A stretch of DNA of 64,000 nt from Actinomycetota bacterium (GCA_046765815.1 JBKPRG010000002.1:2501-66500), one strand, 5' to 3'. Positions 41,953 to 51,585 are shown, counted from the stretch's first letter. The notes: generated by a model not told the origin, from the sequence alone. Made by a program: numbers and translations.

Positions 41953-43022
41953 TGAGCGACGCGCTGCAGGCTCTGTATGCCGGCGACGTCGAGCGCGCGA
42001 GGGCGTTGCTCGGGGCAGACGACGACCTCTCCGTGTTCGACGCCGCGGCCTTCGGTCGCATCGAACGGCTACGGGCCATCCTGCAAGCAGACGCATCCCA
42101 GACGCGCGCGTTCTCGGACGACGGCTTCACCGCCTTGCATCTCGCCGTGTTCGGGCGGCAAGAAGAGGCAGCCCAGGTCCTGATCGAGCATGGTGCCGGC
42201 CTCGACACCCGGTCGACGGGGGCGATCGCCCGCGTCCCGCCCCTCGGTACCGCCGCGTTCGTGCGCTCGGTGCCGCTCGCGCGCCTGCTGCTCGACGCCG
42301 GCGCCGACGTCGACGGTCGGGAAGAAGGAGGCTCGACTGCCCTGCGCGCCGCCGTGCAGAACGGCGACGAAGAGCTCGTGGACCTCCTGCTCGAGCGCGG
42401 GGCCGATGCCAGCCCGCTGTTCGCTGTGATCCCGACGACGACCCTCGCCGACCTGCTGGGCAGCGAACAGGTGATGGACATCGGCATTCGCCCGCTCTGG
42501 GCGTCGCCGCGCATCGCCGGGCCGGCGTTCACTGTGCGGTGCCTGCCGGGCGACAACCTGATGCTGCACGCGGCGATCCATCGCGCCGAGCCCGGCTCGG
42601 TGATCGTCGTCGAGTCGGGTGACGTGGACTACGCGCTCGCCGGAGGAAACGTCTGCGCGGTTGCGCAGCGCCGCGGGATCGCGGCGTTCGTGCTCGACGG
42701 CGTGATCCGAGACCTCGGCGAGGTCCGCAATCTACGGTTTCCGGTGTTCGCTCGAGGGGTGATCCCGATTCCAGGCGCCAAGGCCGTCGTCGAGCCACTC
42801 AACGTCACGGTGCGCTGCGGCGGCGTGAGCGTCAGCCCAGGCGACGTCGCGGTCGCAGACGAGGACGGGGTCGTGGTCGTGCCCGTCGCGCGGAAGGAAC
42901 AGGTGCTCGAGGACGCCCGTGCGAAGCTCGACCGTGAGGCGGGGGAGTCCCTCGACGAATGGGAGGCCGCGCACCGTAAGCGGATCGACGAGATTCTCGA
43001 AGACGGGCGGGCAATGCAGTAG
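41952..43022 (+). CDS. Ankyrin-repeat / RraA-like (demethylmenaquinone methyltransferase-fold) fusion protein
   Basis: N-terminal GFTALHLAVFGRQEEAAQVLIEHGAGLD and GSTALRAAVQNGDEELVDLLLERGAD ankyrin repeats; C-terminal GDNLMLHAAI...GSVIVV...GGNVCAVAQRRGIAAFVLDGVIRD RraA/HMG-aldolase family pattern; TGATG overlap with upstream gene. Confidence 0.75.
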   Translation: MSDALQALYAGDVERARALLGADDDLSVFDAAAFGRIERLRAILQADASQTRAFSDDGFTALHLAVFGRQEEAAQVLIEHGAGLDTRSTGAIARVPPLGTAAFVRSVPLARLLLDAGADVDGREEGGSTALRAAVQNGDEELVDLLLERGADASPLFAVIPTTTLADLLGSEQVMDIGIRPLWASPRIAGPAFTVRCLPGDNLMLHAAIHRAEPGSVIVVESGDVDYALAGGNVCAVAQRRGIAAFVLDGVIRDLGEVRNLRFPVFARGVIPIPGAKAVVEPLNVTVRCGGVSVSPGDVAVADEDGVVVVPVARKEQVLEDARAKLDREAGESLDEWEAAHRKRIDEILEDGRAMQ

Positions 43023-43037
43023 GGTCGAGCGATCGCA

Positions 43038-44393
43038 GTGCTCGACCGCCAGTTGGAGCTCGCGGCCGCGATCCGCGGGCAAGTTCTTGACCGGACGCAT
43101 CCCGAGTACGAGCTCGCGCGCGCGGTCTTCAACGGCGCGATCGATCGTCGCCCGGCCGTGATCGTGCGTCCGCTCGATGCGGCTGACGTCGCGGTGGCGG
43201 TCGATTTTGCGCGCAGTGCGAGCTTGCCACTCTCGGTTCGCGGCGGCGGCCACAACGTGGCCGGTCACGGCGTCTGCGACGACGGCGTAATGATCGACCT
43301 GCGTCTCATGCGCGAGGTTCGCGTCGACCCACTCGAGCAGATCGCGGAGGCCGGGGGAGGGGCGACCTGGAACGACTTCGACCCCGCGTGCCAGCGCCAC
43401 GGCCTCGCCACGCCCGGTGGGACGTTCGGGACGACAGGGGTCGGCGGGCTAACACTCGGCGGTGGCCTCGGCCACCTGATGGGCCGCCACGGGCTCACGC
43501 TCGACAACCTGCTTCAGGCAGAGGTCGTCACCGCCGGCGGCGACACCCGGCTCACGGACGAGGCGACGCACGGCGAGCTTTTCTGGGGGCTTCGGGGGGG
43601 CGGCGGAAACTTCGGAGTCGTGACACGGTTCGTCTTCCGTGTGCACGAGCTTCCACCCGTGACCGGCGGCATGCTCGTCTACGACTTCGAGCGCGCGCCG
43701 GAGGTCCTTCGCGGCGCCCGCGACGCCGCCTCGGGCACGCCCGACGAGTTGACGACCTTCTTCGTGCTCGGCCGCGACCGCGCGACGGGTCAGCGCCTAG
43801 TCCTCCTCTCCGTCTGCTGGACCGGCTCGTCCGACGACGCTCGTGCGCGGCTCGATTCGCTTCGCTCGCTGCCCGGGCTCCTCGTCGACGCGGTTCGGCC
43901 GATCAGCTACCTGCAGCTTCAGGGCATCTTCGGCGAGGTCCCGTTCGGCCTACGCCACTACTGGAAGGGGCATTTCGTCACAGGTCTGCCCGACGAGCTG
44001 ATCGACTTCGTCGTCGAGCACTTCGCCAGGCGGACCTCGCCGCTCGGCACGATTCTGATCGAGCCGCTCCACGGCTACGCGACGCGCGTCCCCGACGACG
44101 CCACCGCGTTCGCCAACCGGCACGCAGCCTTCAACCTGAGCGGTATCTCGGTCTGGGACTCGCCTGCGGACGACGAGGGCCAAATCGACTGGGCGCGCAC
44201 GTTCGGCGAGGGAATCCGGCCGTACTCCAGCCGTGGCGGCGGCTACCTCAACTACATGGCCCGCGACGAGCCGCTCGAGCGGGTCGAGGCAGCGTTCGGC
44301 GCCGAGAAGTTCGAACGGTTGCGTGAGCTGAAACGGGCGTACGACCCGGGCAACCTGTTCCGCCAGAACCAGAACATCCCGCCGGCCGGGTAG
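43038..44393 (+). CDS. FAD-linked oxidase (FAD_binding_4 with BBE-like C-terminus)
   Basis: PLSVRGGGHNVAGH, GGVGGLTLGGGLGHL; C-terminal YLNY...YDPGNLFRQNQNI. Confidence 0.85.
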   Translation: MLDRQLELAAAIRGQVLDRTHPEYELARAVFNGAIDRRPAVIVRPLDAADVAVAVDFARSASLPLSVRGGGHNVAGHGVCDDGVMIDLRLMREVRVDPLEQIAEAGGGATWNDFDPACQRHGLATPGGTFGTTGVGGLTLGGGLGHLMGRHGLTLDNLLQAEVVTAGGDTRLTDEATHGELFWGLRGGGGNFGVVTRFVFRVHELPPVTGGMLVYDFERAPEVLRGARDAASGTPDELTTFFVLGRDRATGQRLVLLSVCWTGSSDDARARLDSLRSLPGLLVDAVRPISYLQLQGIFGEVPFGLRHYWKGHFVTGLPDELIDFVVEHFARRTSPLGTILIEPLHGYATRVPDDATAFANRHAAFNLSGISVWDSPADDEGQIDWARTFGEGIRPYSSRGGGYLNYMARDEPLERVEAAFGAEKFERLRELKRAYDPGNLFRQNQNIPPAG

Positions 44394-44397
44394 CAAC

Positions 44398-44829
44398 GTG
44401 GAGCAGCGAATCAGCCTCGTGACGCTCGGCGTCGCCGACTACGGGCGTGCGTGCGCCTTCTACGAAGCGCTGGGGTGGAAGCCGCGGCTCGACATCGAGG
44501 AGACGGCGTTCTACGAAGCGAACGGCGTGATCCTCGTCCTGTGGGCGCGCGACAAGCTCGCCGCGGACATGGGCATTCCGGACACCGGCGAGCGCTGGGG
44601 CGGTGTCGCCCTGGCCCACAATGTGCGGTCAGGCGAGCAGGTGCGCGAGCTTGTCGAGCTGGCCCGCAGCAACGGCGCCGAGGTCACGCGCGAGCCCGCG
44701 GAGACCTTCTACGGCGGCTACGCCGGCGCCTTCCGCGACCTTGATGGCCATGTGTGGGAGATCGCGCACAACCCCGGCTTCGGGCTGGACGACGACGGCA
44801 ACATCGTCCTGCCCGAGCCGAGCTCCTGA
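44398..44829 (+). CDS. VOC/glyoxalase-bleomycin resistance family protein
   Basis: ISLVTLGVADYGRACAFYEALGW...DLDGHVWEIAHNP. Confidence 0.85.
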   Translation: MEQRISLVTLGVADYGRACAFYEALGWKPRLDIEETAFYEANGVILVLWARDKLAADMGIPDTGERWGGVALAHNVRSGEQVRELVELARSNGAEVTREPAETFYGGYAGAFRDLDGHVWEIAHNPGFGLDDDGNIVLPEPSS

Positions 44830-46617
44830 CTACGGATACGACAGGAGGTTCACGGGGACCGTGTTGGCGTTCGTCGGGTCGCCGACGTCGTTGACGACGT
44901 GGTCGATCGTGCCGTGGTTGGTGATCGACAGGTCGAGGATGTCGTGCAGCTTTACGCCTGGGGTGTCGGGCACCTCGAACGCGTGGCTCGCGTGGATCGT
45001 CGGGTCGACGTTGAAGAAGCAGTAGCTGCCGAGGCCCCACGCCTCGTGGGTCGTGACCGAGTCCGCGACCTTGTACGCCGCGAACCCGAGCACGCCGTCG
45101 TGCTGCCAGGCCGCCTGATTCGGCGGGTCATACGGCATCTCGTTCTGGAACATGATCGTCCTGCCGCCGTTGCCGTTCCAGATCACGTCGTACCGCTGGA
45201 AGTGCTCCGAGAAGAGGCCGGTCGCCAGCACGTCCTCGCCGTTCACGACGACCCCGGTATCCGCAGTGTTACTCGTCCAGCCGACGCCGGTGCCGTGGTC
45301 GGCGCGCCACGCCCAGATGTCGTCGAGAATGACGTGGTCGCTGTTCACCTCGAGGGCAACGGTCGCCTTCCCGACGTGCGGGCCGCCGATGCGGAAGAAC
45401 ACGTCCTGGAGCGCGGTCGGGTTGCGGGCGCCCGTGTTGCTCTGCCCCTGACCTGCGGACTGCGGTGAGCCCACGCGGAGGAGGACGGGCGAGTTGACGG
45501 ATCCTGCGTCGAAGATCAAGCCGGAGATCTCGACGCCCTGGGCGTCGGCCACCGTCATCGGGATCACGCCGTTCTCTGCCTCGAGTGTCGCCATGCCGAG
45601 CCCGAGCACGATCGAGCCGGGCCGCCGCACCTCGAGCGTCTGGTCGATCGAGTAGACGCCGGGCGTGAAGATGAGGTTCATGCCCGCGGCGAGCGCGGCG
45701 TTGATCGTTGACGCGCTGTCACTGGGCTTCGCGATGAAGAAGGTCCCGATCGGGAGCGAGCGGCCCGGAGTCTGCCCGGAGGCCCACGTCGTTCCCGCTG
45801 AGTCGGTCTGGGCGTCGGGCACGAAGACGGCGAACCGGCCGCCCGAATCGACGTAGAGGTACGGCTTCTCGCGCGAGACCGGATTCGTGGCGAGCGTCGT
45901 GTAGGGCGGATTCGGGAACGACTGCGCGGGGGCGCCGTTCACGCCCGCGAAGACCTGGTTCCACACGGCGTTCGTCCAGAAGTCCACGTCGCTGTTCCGG
46001 ACGAGGTACTGCTGCTGCGAGCCGTTCACGACGACGCTGCCCGAGAACTGCGAGTCGGCGATGAAACCGCCGCTCGCGTACGACGGGCCGCTGCAGTAAT
46101 CCATGAGCGTCGCAAGGCCGTTCACGTGCACGCGTCGCATCGGCGCCGCCTGCGACGTTGCCCAGAACTCGCCGAACTGACAGGCGCCCTTGCCGGCGAC
46201 GTCGATCGTCAGGTTCGAGACGGAGCGCCAGAAGTTGACCAGGGCCGTGCAGTTATCCGGCCCGAAGCACTGGTTGTACACGTCGATCGTGCCGTTGACC
46301 GTGACGTCGCCCGGCGAGCTGCCGAGACCGGCGACGTCGGTGTAGTAGCCGACCTGGAAGTTGAGCGGGTCCGCCGGGGAGCCGTACGAGCCCGGCTTGA
46401 ACAGGAGCGCGTAGCGCTGGGTCCCGAACTCGTTCGAGACCTGCTGGTTGGCGATGTCGTCGACGACGGCCTTGATCTGGCTCGTCGTCATGCTCGGGTC
46501 GAAGAGCTTCACGTTGGGGCCGAAGTCCGGCGGCGGTGGCGCGCCGGTGGCGGCGCCGGCGAGCACGGTCGACACGAGGCAGCAGGTCAGGGCGGCGACG
46601 AGCAGGCGGAACGACAT
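44830..46617 (-). CDS. Secreted right-handed beta-helix protein, putative glycoside hydrolase
   Basis: Signal peptide MSFRLLVAALTCCLVSTVLAGAA; long beta-helix-like periodic sequence; exact family not recognised. Confidence 0.65.
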   Translation of the reverse strand: MSFRLLVAALTCCLVSTVLAGAATGAPPPPDFGPNVKLFDPSMTTSQIKAVVDDIANQQVSNEFGTQRYALLFKPGSYGSPADPLNFQVGYYTDVAGLGSSPGDVTVNGTIDVYNQCFGPDNCTALVNFWRSVSNLTIDVAGKGACQFGEFWATSQAAPMRRVHVNGLATLMDYCSGPSYASGGFIADSQFSGSVVVNGSQQQYLVRNSDVDFWTNAVWNQVFAGVNGAPAQSFPNPPYTTLATNPVSREKPYLYVDSGGRFAVFVPDAQTDSAGTTWASGQTPGRSLPIGTFFIAKPSDSASTINAALAAGMNLIFTPGVYSIDQTLEVRRPGSIVLGLGMATLEAENGVIPMTVADAQGVEISGLIFDAGSVNSPVLLRVGSPQSAGQGQSNTGARNPTALQDVFFRIGGPHVGKATVALEVNSDHVILDDIWAWRADHGTGVGWTSNTADTGVVVNGEDVLATGLFSEHFQRYDVIWNGNGGRTIMFQNEMPYDPPNQAAWQHDGVLGFAAYKVADSVTTHEAWGLGSYCFFNVDPTIHASHAFEVPDTPGVKLHDILDLSITNHGTIDHVVNDVGDPTNANTVPVNLLSYP

Positions 46618-46692
46618 GACGGAACCCCCCTTGGTCCATCGTCACGGGCGTTGACAGCGGGATGCTCTCACATCGACTGCGATCATCGGACG

Positions 46693-47559
46693 ATGAGCCG
46701 CGACCGGTGGGCCGAGTGGCTGGCGGTGCGTCGCTTCGGCGGCGATCCCGAGGTGCGCCGGCGCAACCTCGCCGACCTGACCCTGATCCGGGACAAGGTG
46801 CTCGACCTGGCCGCGTTGGAGGAGGGTGAGTCCGTCCTCGACGTCGGCTGCGGCGAAGGCATGATCGCCTTCGGCGCGATCGAGCGCGGCGCCGGGGAGG
46901 TCGTGTTCAGCGACGTGTCGAGCGACCTCCTCGACTTCTGCCGGCTTGCCGCGGGGGAGCTCGGCGTCTCCGACCGCTGCCGGTTCATCCAGGCGCCGGC
47001 GGAGAACCTCGCCGGGATCGACGACGCGTCGGTCGACCTCGTCACGACCAGGTCGGTCTTGATCTACGTGGCCCAGAAACGCGAGGCGCTGCGGGAGTTC
47101 GCGCGCGTGCTCAAGCCGGGCGGGCGGATGTCGCTGTTCGAGCCGATCAACCGTTTCGCGATGCGGGACGCCGACACGCTCTGGGGCTTCGACCTGAGCG
47201 GGGCCGCCGCGGAGGGTGCCAAGCTCCGCGCCGTGTTCGAGCAGGTGCAGCCGCGGGACTCCGATCCGATGCTCGACTTCGACGAGCGCGATCTGCTGCG
47301 GCTCGCCGAGGAGGTCGGGTTCTTCCCGATCCGCCTCGTCCTCGAGGCGGACGTCAAAGGATCGGAGCCGCGGCCGTGGGCCTCGTTTCTCAACATGTCC
47401 GGGAACCCCAACATTCCGACGATTGCCGAGGCGATGGAGCAGGTACTCACGCCGGTCGAGCGAGAGCGGCTGACGGCCCATCTTCGCCCGCAGGTCGAGG
47501 AGGGCCTCGGCGAGTGGCGCATGGCGTGCGCGTATCTGGTCGGGCAACGGCGGGCTTGA
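46693..47559 (+). CDS. SAM-dependent methyltransferase
   Basis: VLDVGCGEGMIAF motif I, VLKPGGRMSLFEP; ATG 46693. Confidence 0.8.
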   Translation: MSRDRWAEWLAVRRFGGDPEVRRRNLADLTLIRDKVLDLAALEEGESVLDVGCGEGMIAFGAIERGAGEVVFSDVSSDLLDFCRLAAGELGVSDRCRFIQAPAENLAGIDDASVDLVTTRSVLIYVAQKREALREFARVLKPGGRMSLFEPINRFAMRDADTLWGFDLSGAAAEGAKLRAVFEQVQPRDSDPMLDFDERDLLRLAEEVGFFPIRLVLEADVKGSEPRPWASFLNMSGNPNIPTIAEAMEQVLTPVERERLTAHLRPQVEEGLGEWRMACAYLVGQRRA

Positions 47560-47639
47560 GAGGCGGTTCGCTCAGGCGTACGATCGTTCGAGACGATCCC
47601 GCTCCGCACTGCGGCGCGATGGAAAGGGAGGGTGATCGG

Positions 47640-47900
47640 ATGATGGGCAGGCTGATCCGGCGCGCGACGTTGCTGGCGACGGTCGGCGTACTCGCCGGCG
47701 GCGGAGTTGCACTCGGCTGGGAGGGCAACGGCAACCACAACGGTTGGAACAACAAGAACCAGCGAGGTTGTCCCGACGGCTACGTGACCGCGCCCGCGGC
47801 CAACGAGCCGAGCGTCGATCTGAACGGCGACGGCACGATCTGCATGAAGGTCTCCGGCAAGAGTGGAGACAACTTCATCGACAACATCTCGAACCACTAG
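47640..47900 (+). CDS. Small secreted protein with EF-hand-like loop
   Basis: AAGGGAGGG 8 nt before ATG 47640; signal peptide MMGRLIRRATLLATVGVLAGGG; DLNGDGTI loop. Confidence 0.55.
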   Translation: MMGRLIRRATLLATVGVLAGGGVALGWEGNGNHNGWNNKNQRGCPDGYVTAPAANEPSVDLNGDGTICMKVSGKSGDNFIDNISNH

Positions 47901-47939
47901 ATCGCGTCGATTCTCCGCGCGGCCCGGCCGTCGGAACGG

Positions 47940-48572
47940 CTAGGGCCGCGCGGCGCTGTGCGCGATGAGCTCGGCCGCGTCCTCGATGGAGATCGCGTCG
48001 GTGTTGAGCACGAGGTCGTAGTGCGTCGGCAGCTCACGGTCGACGTCGTAGAAGCGCTTCAGATACTCGCGCCGTCCCGCGTCGGCGTTGCTGACGACAC
48101 GCTTCGCCTTCCCGACGTCGATCCCCGCGCGCTCGCCGACGCGTTGCGCGCGCGTGTCCGGTGAGGCCGTGACGAGGACCCGGAGCACCCGAGGGCCTTT
48201 GTCGAGCGCGTGGGACGCGGCATGCGCGGTGATCACGACATCGCCGCGGGCGGCTGTTTGCTCGATCGTCTCGCGGATCAGCGAGCGGATGTCGGAGCTG
48301 GGACGTTCGTCCTCGACCGGGTACGGGATCGCGCCGCCGAGCGCGATCGCGCCCGCCCCGCCCTCCGAGATCGACTCGAGGATCCGCGCGGCGAACGACT
48401 TGCGACGCTCCTCGTCAGCGACATCGGCGGGCGAGAGGCCGCCGCGGGCCGCCGCCTTGGCCACGATCTCCTCGTCGACGTGCAGGAAGCCGAGTCGCTC
48501 CGCGACGAGCCGTCCGACCTCGTCGCCGCCTGAGCCGGTTGCGTGGGAGATGCAGATGACGCTGCAGGGCAT
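47940..48572 (-). CDS. Cytidylate kinase-like (AAA/P-loop) family protein
   Basis: N-terminal ICISHATGSGGDEVGRLVAERLGF P-loop; C-terminal YDLVLNTD typical of Cytidylate_kin2 family. Confidence 0.7.
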   Translation of the reverse strand: MPCSVICISHATGSGGDEVGRLVAERLGFLHVDEEIVAKAAARGGLSPADVADEERRKSFAARILESISEGGAGAIALGGAIPYPVEDERPSSDIRSLIRETIEQTAARGDVVITAHAASHALDKGPRVLRVLVTASPDTRAQRVGERAGIDVGKAKRVVSNADAGRREYLKRFYDVDRELPTHYDLVLNTDAISIEDAAELIAHSAARP

Positions 48573-48623
48573 GACGCGACGCTAGAACGCGGCCGTGCCG
48601 GCGTCAACGTTAGGGTCGTCCGG

Positions 48624-49397
48624 GTGAGCGGTGGGGACATCCCGGCGCGCCTCTTGCAGCGCCTCGACGACCTCGGTGCCGTCCTCGCCCGCCGGGGCGA
48701 CGCGATCGCGTTGATCGGGCTCGGCTCGGTCGGGCGCGACCTCGACCGCTTGGACGAACACTCCGACATGGACTTCTTCGTCGTCGTCGACGACGGTGCC
48801 AAGCAGCGGTACCTCGACTCGATCGACTGGCTCGAGGAGCTCGCGCCGATCGACTTCACCTTCCCGAACAGCGTCGACGGCCGGAAGGTTCTGTTCGCGG
48901 ACCTGCTCTTCGCCGAGTACGCGATCTTCACGCTCGACGAGCTGCGCGCCGGGTCGTTCCCTCCGGGCCGCCTGGTCTGGGCGCGTGCCGACGCGCCCGC
49001 CGGGCTCGAGCGGGCCGGTCGTCCCCGTACGCCGTCGCCGTACGACTACCCCGAGTACCACCTGAACGAGGCGGTGACGAACCTGTACGTCGGCCTCCAC
49101 CGGGACGCCCGCGGCGAGCGCCTGACGGCGACGCGCTTCATCCAGTCCTACGCGGTCGAGCGGCTGCTGGACTACCTCGAGTTGAGCGGCGCGCCCGGTG
49201 GACGGCAGGACGAGTTCGTGATCGAGCGCGGCGTCGAGCGGCGGTTCAGCCCGGACGTCCTGCCGCTGGCCCGAATGGTGCCGGGGTACGACCGTAACCG
49301 GGAGGCCGCGCTCGCGATCCTCGACTGGCTGGAGGCGCGCGTCGAGGTGCCCGCGACGCTCGCGAGCGAGATCAGGCGACTTGCCGCCGACCGCTAG
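48624..49397 (+). CDS. Nucleotidyltransferase-domain protein (ANT(6)/Lnu-like layout, tentative)
   Basis: LIGLGSVGRDLDRLDEHSDMDFFVVVDD (GS...D.D pol-beta NTase motif); GTG 48624. Confidence 0.65.
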   Translation: MSGGDIPARLLQRLDDLGAVLARRGDAIALIGLGSVGRDLDRLDEHSDMDFFVVVDDGAKQRYLDSIDWLEELAPIDFTFPNSVDGRKVLFADLLFAEYAIFTLDELRAGSFPPGRLVWARADAPAGLERAGRPRTPSPYDYPEYHLNEAVTNLYVGLHRDARGERLTATRFIQSYAVERLLDYLELSGAPGGRQDEFVIERGVERRFSPDVLPLARMVPGYDRNREAALAILDWLEARVEVPATLASEIRRLAADR

Positions 49398-49408
49398 GGT
49401 GCGAGGCG

Positions 49409-49867
49409 ATGAAGGTTGGCGAGGCGCTCACTCGCCGCAGCGATCTGCAGACGCGGGTAGTTGAGCTGCGGAACCGACTGGCGCAGAGCGCGCGAGTGCA
49501 GGAAGGCGAGAAGCCCCACGAGGACCCGGCGGCCCTGCTCGCGGAGTTCGACGCCGTGGCGAACGAACTCGAGGATTTGATCCGCCGGATCAACGAGGCG
49601 AACCTTCGCATTCGCCTCGGTGACGGGCGAACGCTGACGGCTGCGTTGGCGCGCCGCGACTCGATCACTCTCCGGCATCAGGTGCTTCGCGGCCTCGCGG
49701 AGGCGGCGTCCGAGGCGCACGACCGGTACAGCCGCTCGGAGATCAAGATCCAGAGCACCGTCGACGTCGCCGAGATCCGGCGGCGCGCTGACGACTTGGC
49801 GCGCGAGCGTCGTGAGCTCGACGTTGCGATTCAGGAGGCGAACTGGGCGAACGACATCGACGCTTGA
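49409..49867 (+). CDS. DIP1984-family (septicolysin-like) helical protein
   Basis: MKVGEALTRRSDLQTRVVELRNRL...LTAALARRDSITLRH...ELDVAIQEANW pattern as I recall for DIP1984 family. Confidence 0.6.
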   Translation: MKVGEALTRRSDLQTRVVELRNRLAQSARVQEGEKPHEDPAALLAEFDAVANELEDLIRRINEANLRIRLGDGRTLTAALARRDSITLRHQVLRGLAEAASEAHDRYSRSEIKIQSTVDVAEIRRRADDLARERRELDVAIQEANWANDIDA

Positions 49868-50080
49868 GGTGAGTCGGTAGCCGCAAGGGGCGAGCGGCGT
49901 GCACCAGGCGGCGACTGCCCAAGTCGCATCCGGTGGTGCCAAGGGCGGGCACCTGGGGTCCGATTCCCCAACTGCACAGCGCAGCGCCCAGCACCGGGCA
50001 TCAGTTACTGCGCACGCTCACCGTAACTACCGGGTGCAGAGCTTGTCCCGAGCGGTGAGGGTGGGAACGGGGAACTCACT

Positions 50081-50725
50081 TCAGCAGCTTGCCGTCGACA
50101 CGTCGCGCGCGGCGAGCAGTAGCCGCCGGAAGCGGTCGCGCTCCGGGTACGCCTCGACGAACGCACATAGGTCCGGGAGCAGCGCGCGGGCCGTTTCGAT
50201 CGTCCGGATGCCGTTCGCGGCCGCCGCGAGCCTCGCCTCGCAGAGGTCCTCGATTGCCTTGCCGCGCAGCTCGCCGAGCCGGCGGACCGTCGGCTGCGCG
50301 AACTCCCGGTAGAGCACGTCGAGCAGCGGCTGCTCGCTCTGCCACAGCGCCAGCGCGTCCTCGAGCGAGGGCACGCGTTTGCGCGGCTCCTGCGTGCTCG
50401 CCTTCTGCACGAGCCGCTCGAAGCACACCGAGTCGAGCTGCTCCGGCTGGATCAGGATCGCGTAGCCGGGCGCGCGCGTGATCACTGTCTCGACGCCGAG
50501 CGTCTTGCGCAGGTACGACACGAGGTTGTGCAGCGACGACCGTGCCGTCACGGGCGGGCGCTCGCCCCAGAGGTCGTCGACGAGCCGGTCGACGGAGACG
50601 ACCTGGTTCGCGTGGATGATCAGATCGGCGAGCAGCGTGCGCTGGTGCGCGCTGCGCGGCGTCAGGTCGACGCCGTGCGGATCGACCACGGTCACGGGAC
50701 CGAGGATCTGGAAGCTCGTCAGCAC
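50081..50725 (-). CDS. SARP/AfsR-type regulator (winged helix + BTAD)
   Basis: FQILGPVTVV...RTLLADLIIHANQVVSVDRLVDDLWGERPP...SSLHNLVSYLRKTLG; BTAD-like C-terminus. Confidence 0.8.
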   Translation of the reverse strand: MLTSFQILGPVTVVDPHGVDLTPRSAHQRTLLADLIIHANQVVSVDRLVDDLWGERPPVTARSSLHNLVSYLRKTLGVETVITRAPGYAILIQPEQLDSVCFERLVQKASTQEPRKRVPSLEDALALWQSEQPLLDVLYREFAQPTVRRLGELRGKAIEDLCEARLAAAANGIRTIETARALLPDLCAFVEAYPERDRFRRLLLAARDVSTASC

Positions 50726-50805
50726 CGGCTGAGCCTAGGGCGCCGTCGTTACGAACCGGTCAAGCGGCCGTTACGGATCCTGCCGAGAGTGGTTCGCGAT
50801 TTGCG

Positions 50806-51238
50806 TCAGCCGAGGAGTGTCCCGGCGGTCACGAGCAAGCGGTTGCCGGCACGGGCGTACGCCGTCCCGGCCCGCGCGTCTGCGGCCGCGAGCAGGAGCC
50901 GGTGGGCCACGCGGGCACGGCCGCTTGCCGCCCATTTGGCGCCTGCCCGGGCGTAGTCGGTGTATGCCGTGAGGGCGAGGGTCTTGGCCCGGCGTCCCTT
51001 CAGCGTCGACGGCCGCTGGGCGCCGATTGCGGTGCGCGCGAGGAGCGCGTCCCGCCGGAACCGGAGCGCGGCCGCCGTCATCCGACGCGGATGACGCTGT
51101 CGTGCCGCGAGCGAGACGGCGCGAGCATCGGTGGCGATCGTCGTCGACCAGCGGTCGAGCGTCGCCTTCAGCGTCGCGTTCGAAGCGGCGGCGGTGCCGG
51201 CGAACAGTGCGATCGCCGCCAGGCCGGCGACGAGCGCC
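50806..51238 (-). CDS. Secreted hypothetical protein; start codon unresolved
   Basis: Signal-like ALVAGLAAIALFAGTAAASNA begins immediately after the stop of the upstream gene, in a different frame, with no ATG/GTG/TTG nearby. Confidence 0.4.
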
Positions 51239-51526
51239 CTAGTCGTCGTCTGGCTCCTGCGCGTCGTCGTTCTCGTCCTGCTGGTCGTCGCCCTGATCGT
51301 CGTCGGCGGTCGGGTTCGTCGCCTCGCTCTCGACGTCGTCGGCGGCCTCGGTGACGTCGTTCGCGGCGCCCTGCTCGTCGTCACCCTGCTCGTTCTCGGT
51401 CTCCGCCGTCGTCGCGGTCGCCGTCGACGGGCTCGGCTGGTGGTCGTTCGCGAGCGCGGATGCGACACCGAAGCCGGCGAGCAGCGCGCCGGCGGCGAGC
51501 ACGATGACGAGCTTCCGGTTCACCAT
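51239..51526 (-). CDS. Secreted highly acidic (D/E/Q/T-rich) protein
   Basis: GGGAGGAG SD before ATG 51526; signal peptide MVNRKLVIVLAAGALLAGFGVASALA; low-complexity acidic tail ending PDDD. Confidence 0.6.
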   Translation of the reverse strand: MVNRKLVIVLAAGALLAGFGVASALANDHQPSPSTATATTAETENEQGDDEQGAANDVTEAADDVESEATNPTADDDQGDDQQDENDDAQEPDDD

Positions 51527-51585
51527 GTTCCTCTCCTCCCGACGGTCACGTGAGTCTGCACGGATCGGTATCGAGGCAAAGCCGG

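Noticed and set aside
49899-49978. tRNA-like 80-nt stretch with a T-arm-like TGGGG-TCCGATT-CCCCA, a 6-bp GGTGCC/GGCACC hairpin and a partial acceptor pairing (GTGCA/TGCAC)
   Set aside because: No acceptable D-arm or anticodon arm can be drawn. The T-loop is non-canonical and 2 of 7 acceptor pairs are mismatched. At most it is a decayed tRNA fragment, so it is not called as a gene.
50806-51468. 220-aa reading of the 50806 frame starting at ATG 51468 with an Arg/Thr/Ser/Pro-rich N-terminus
   Set aside because: The N-terminal 80 residues are the alternate frame of the GAC/GAG-rich acidic gene, which has its own strong SD and signal peptide. Only the part after 51238 looks like real protein.
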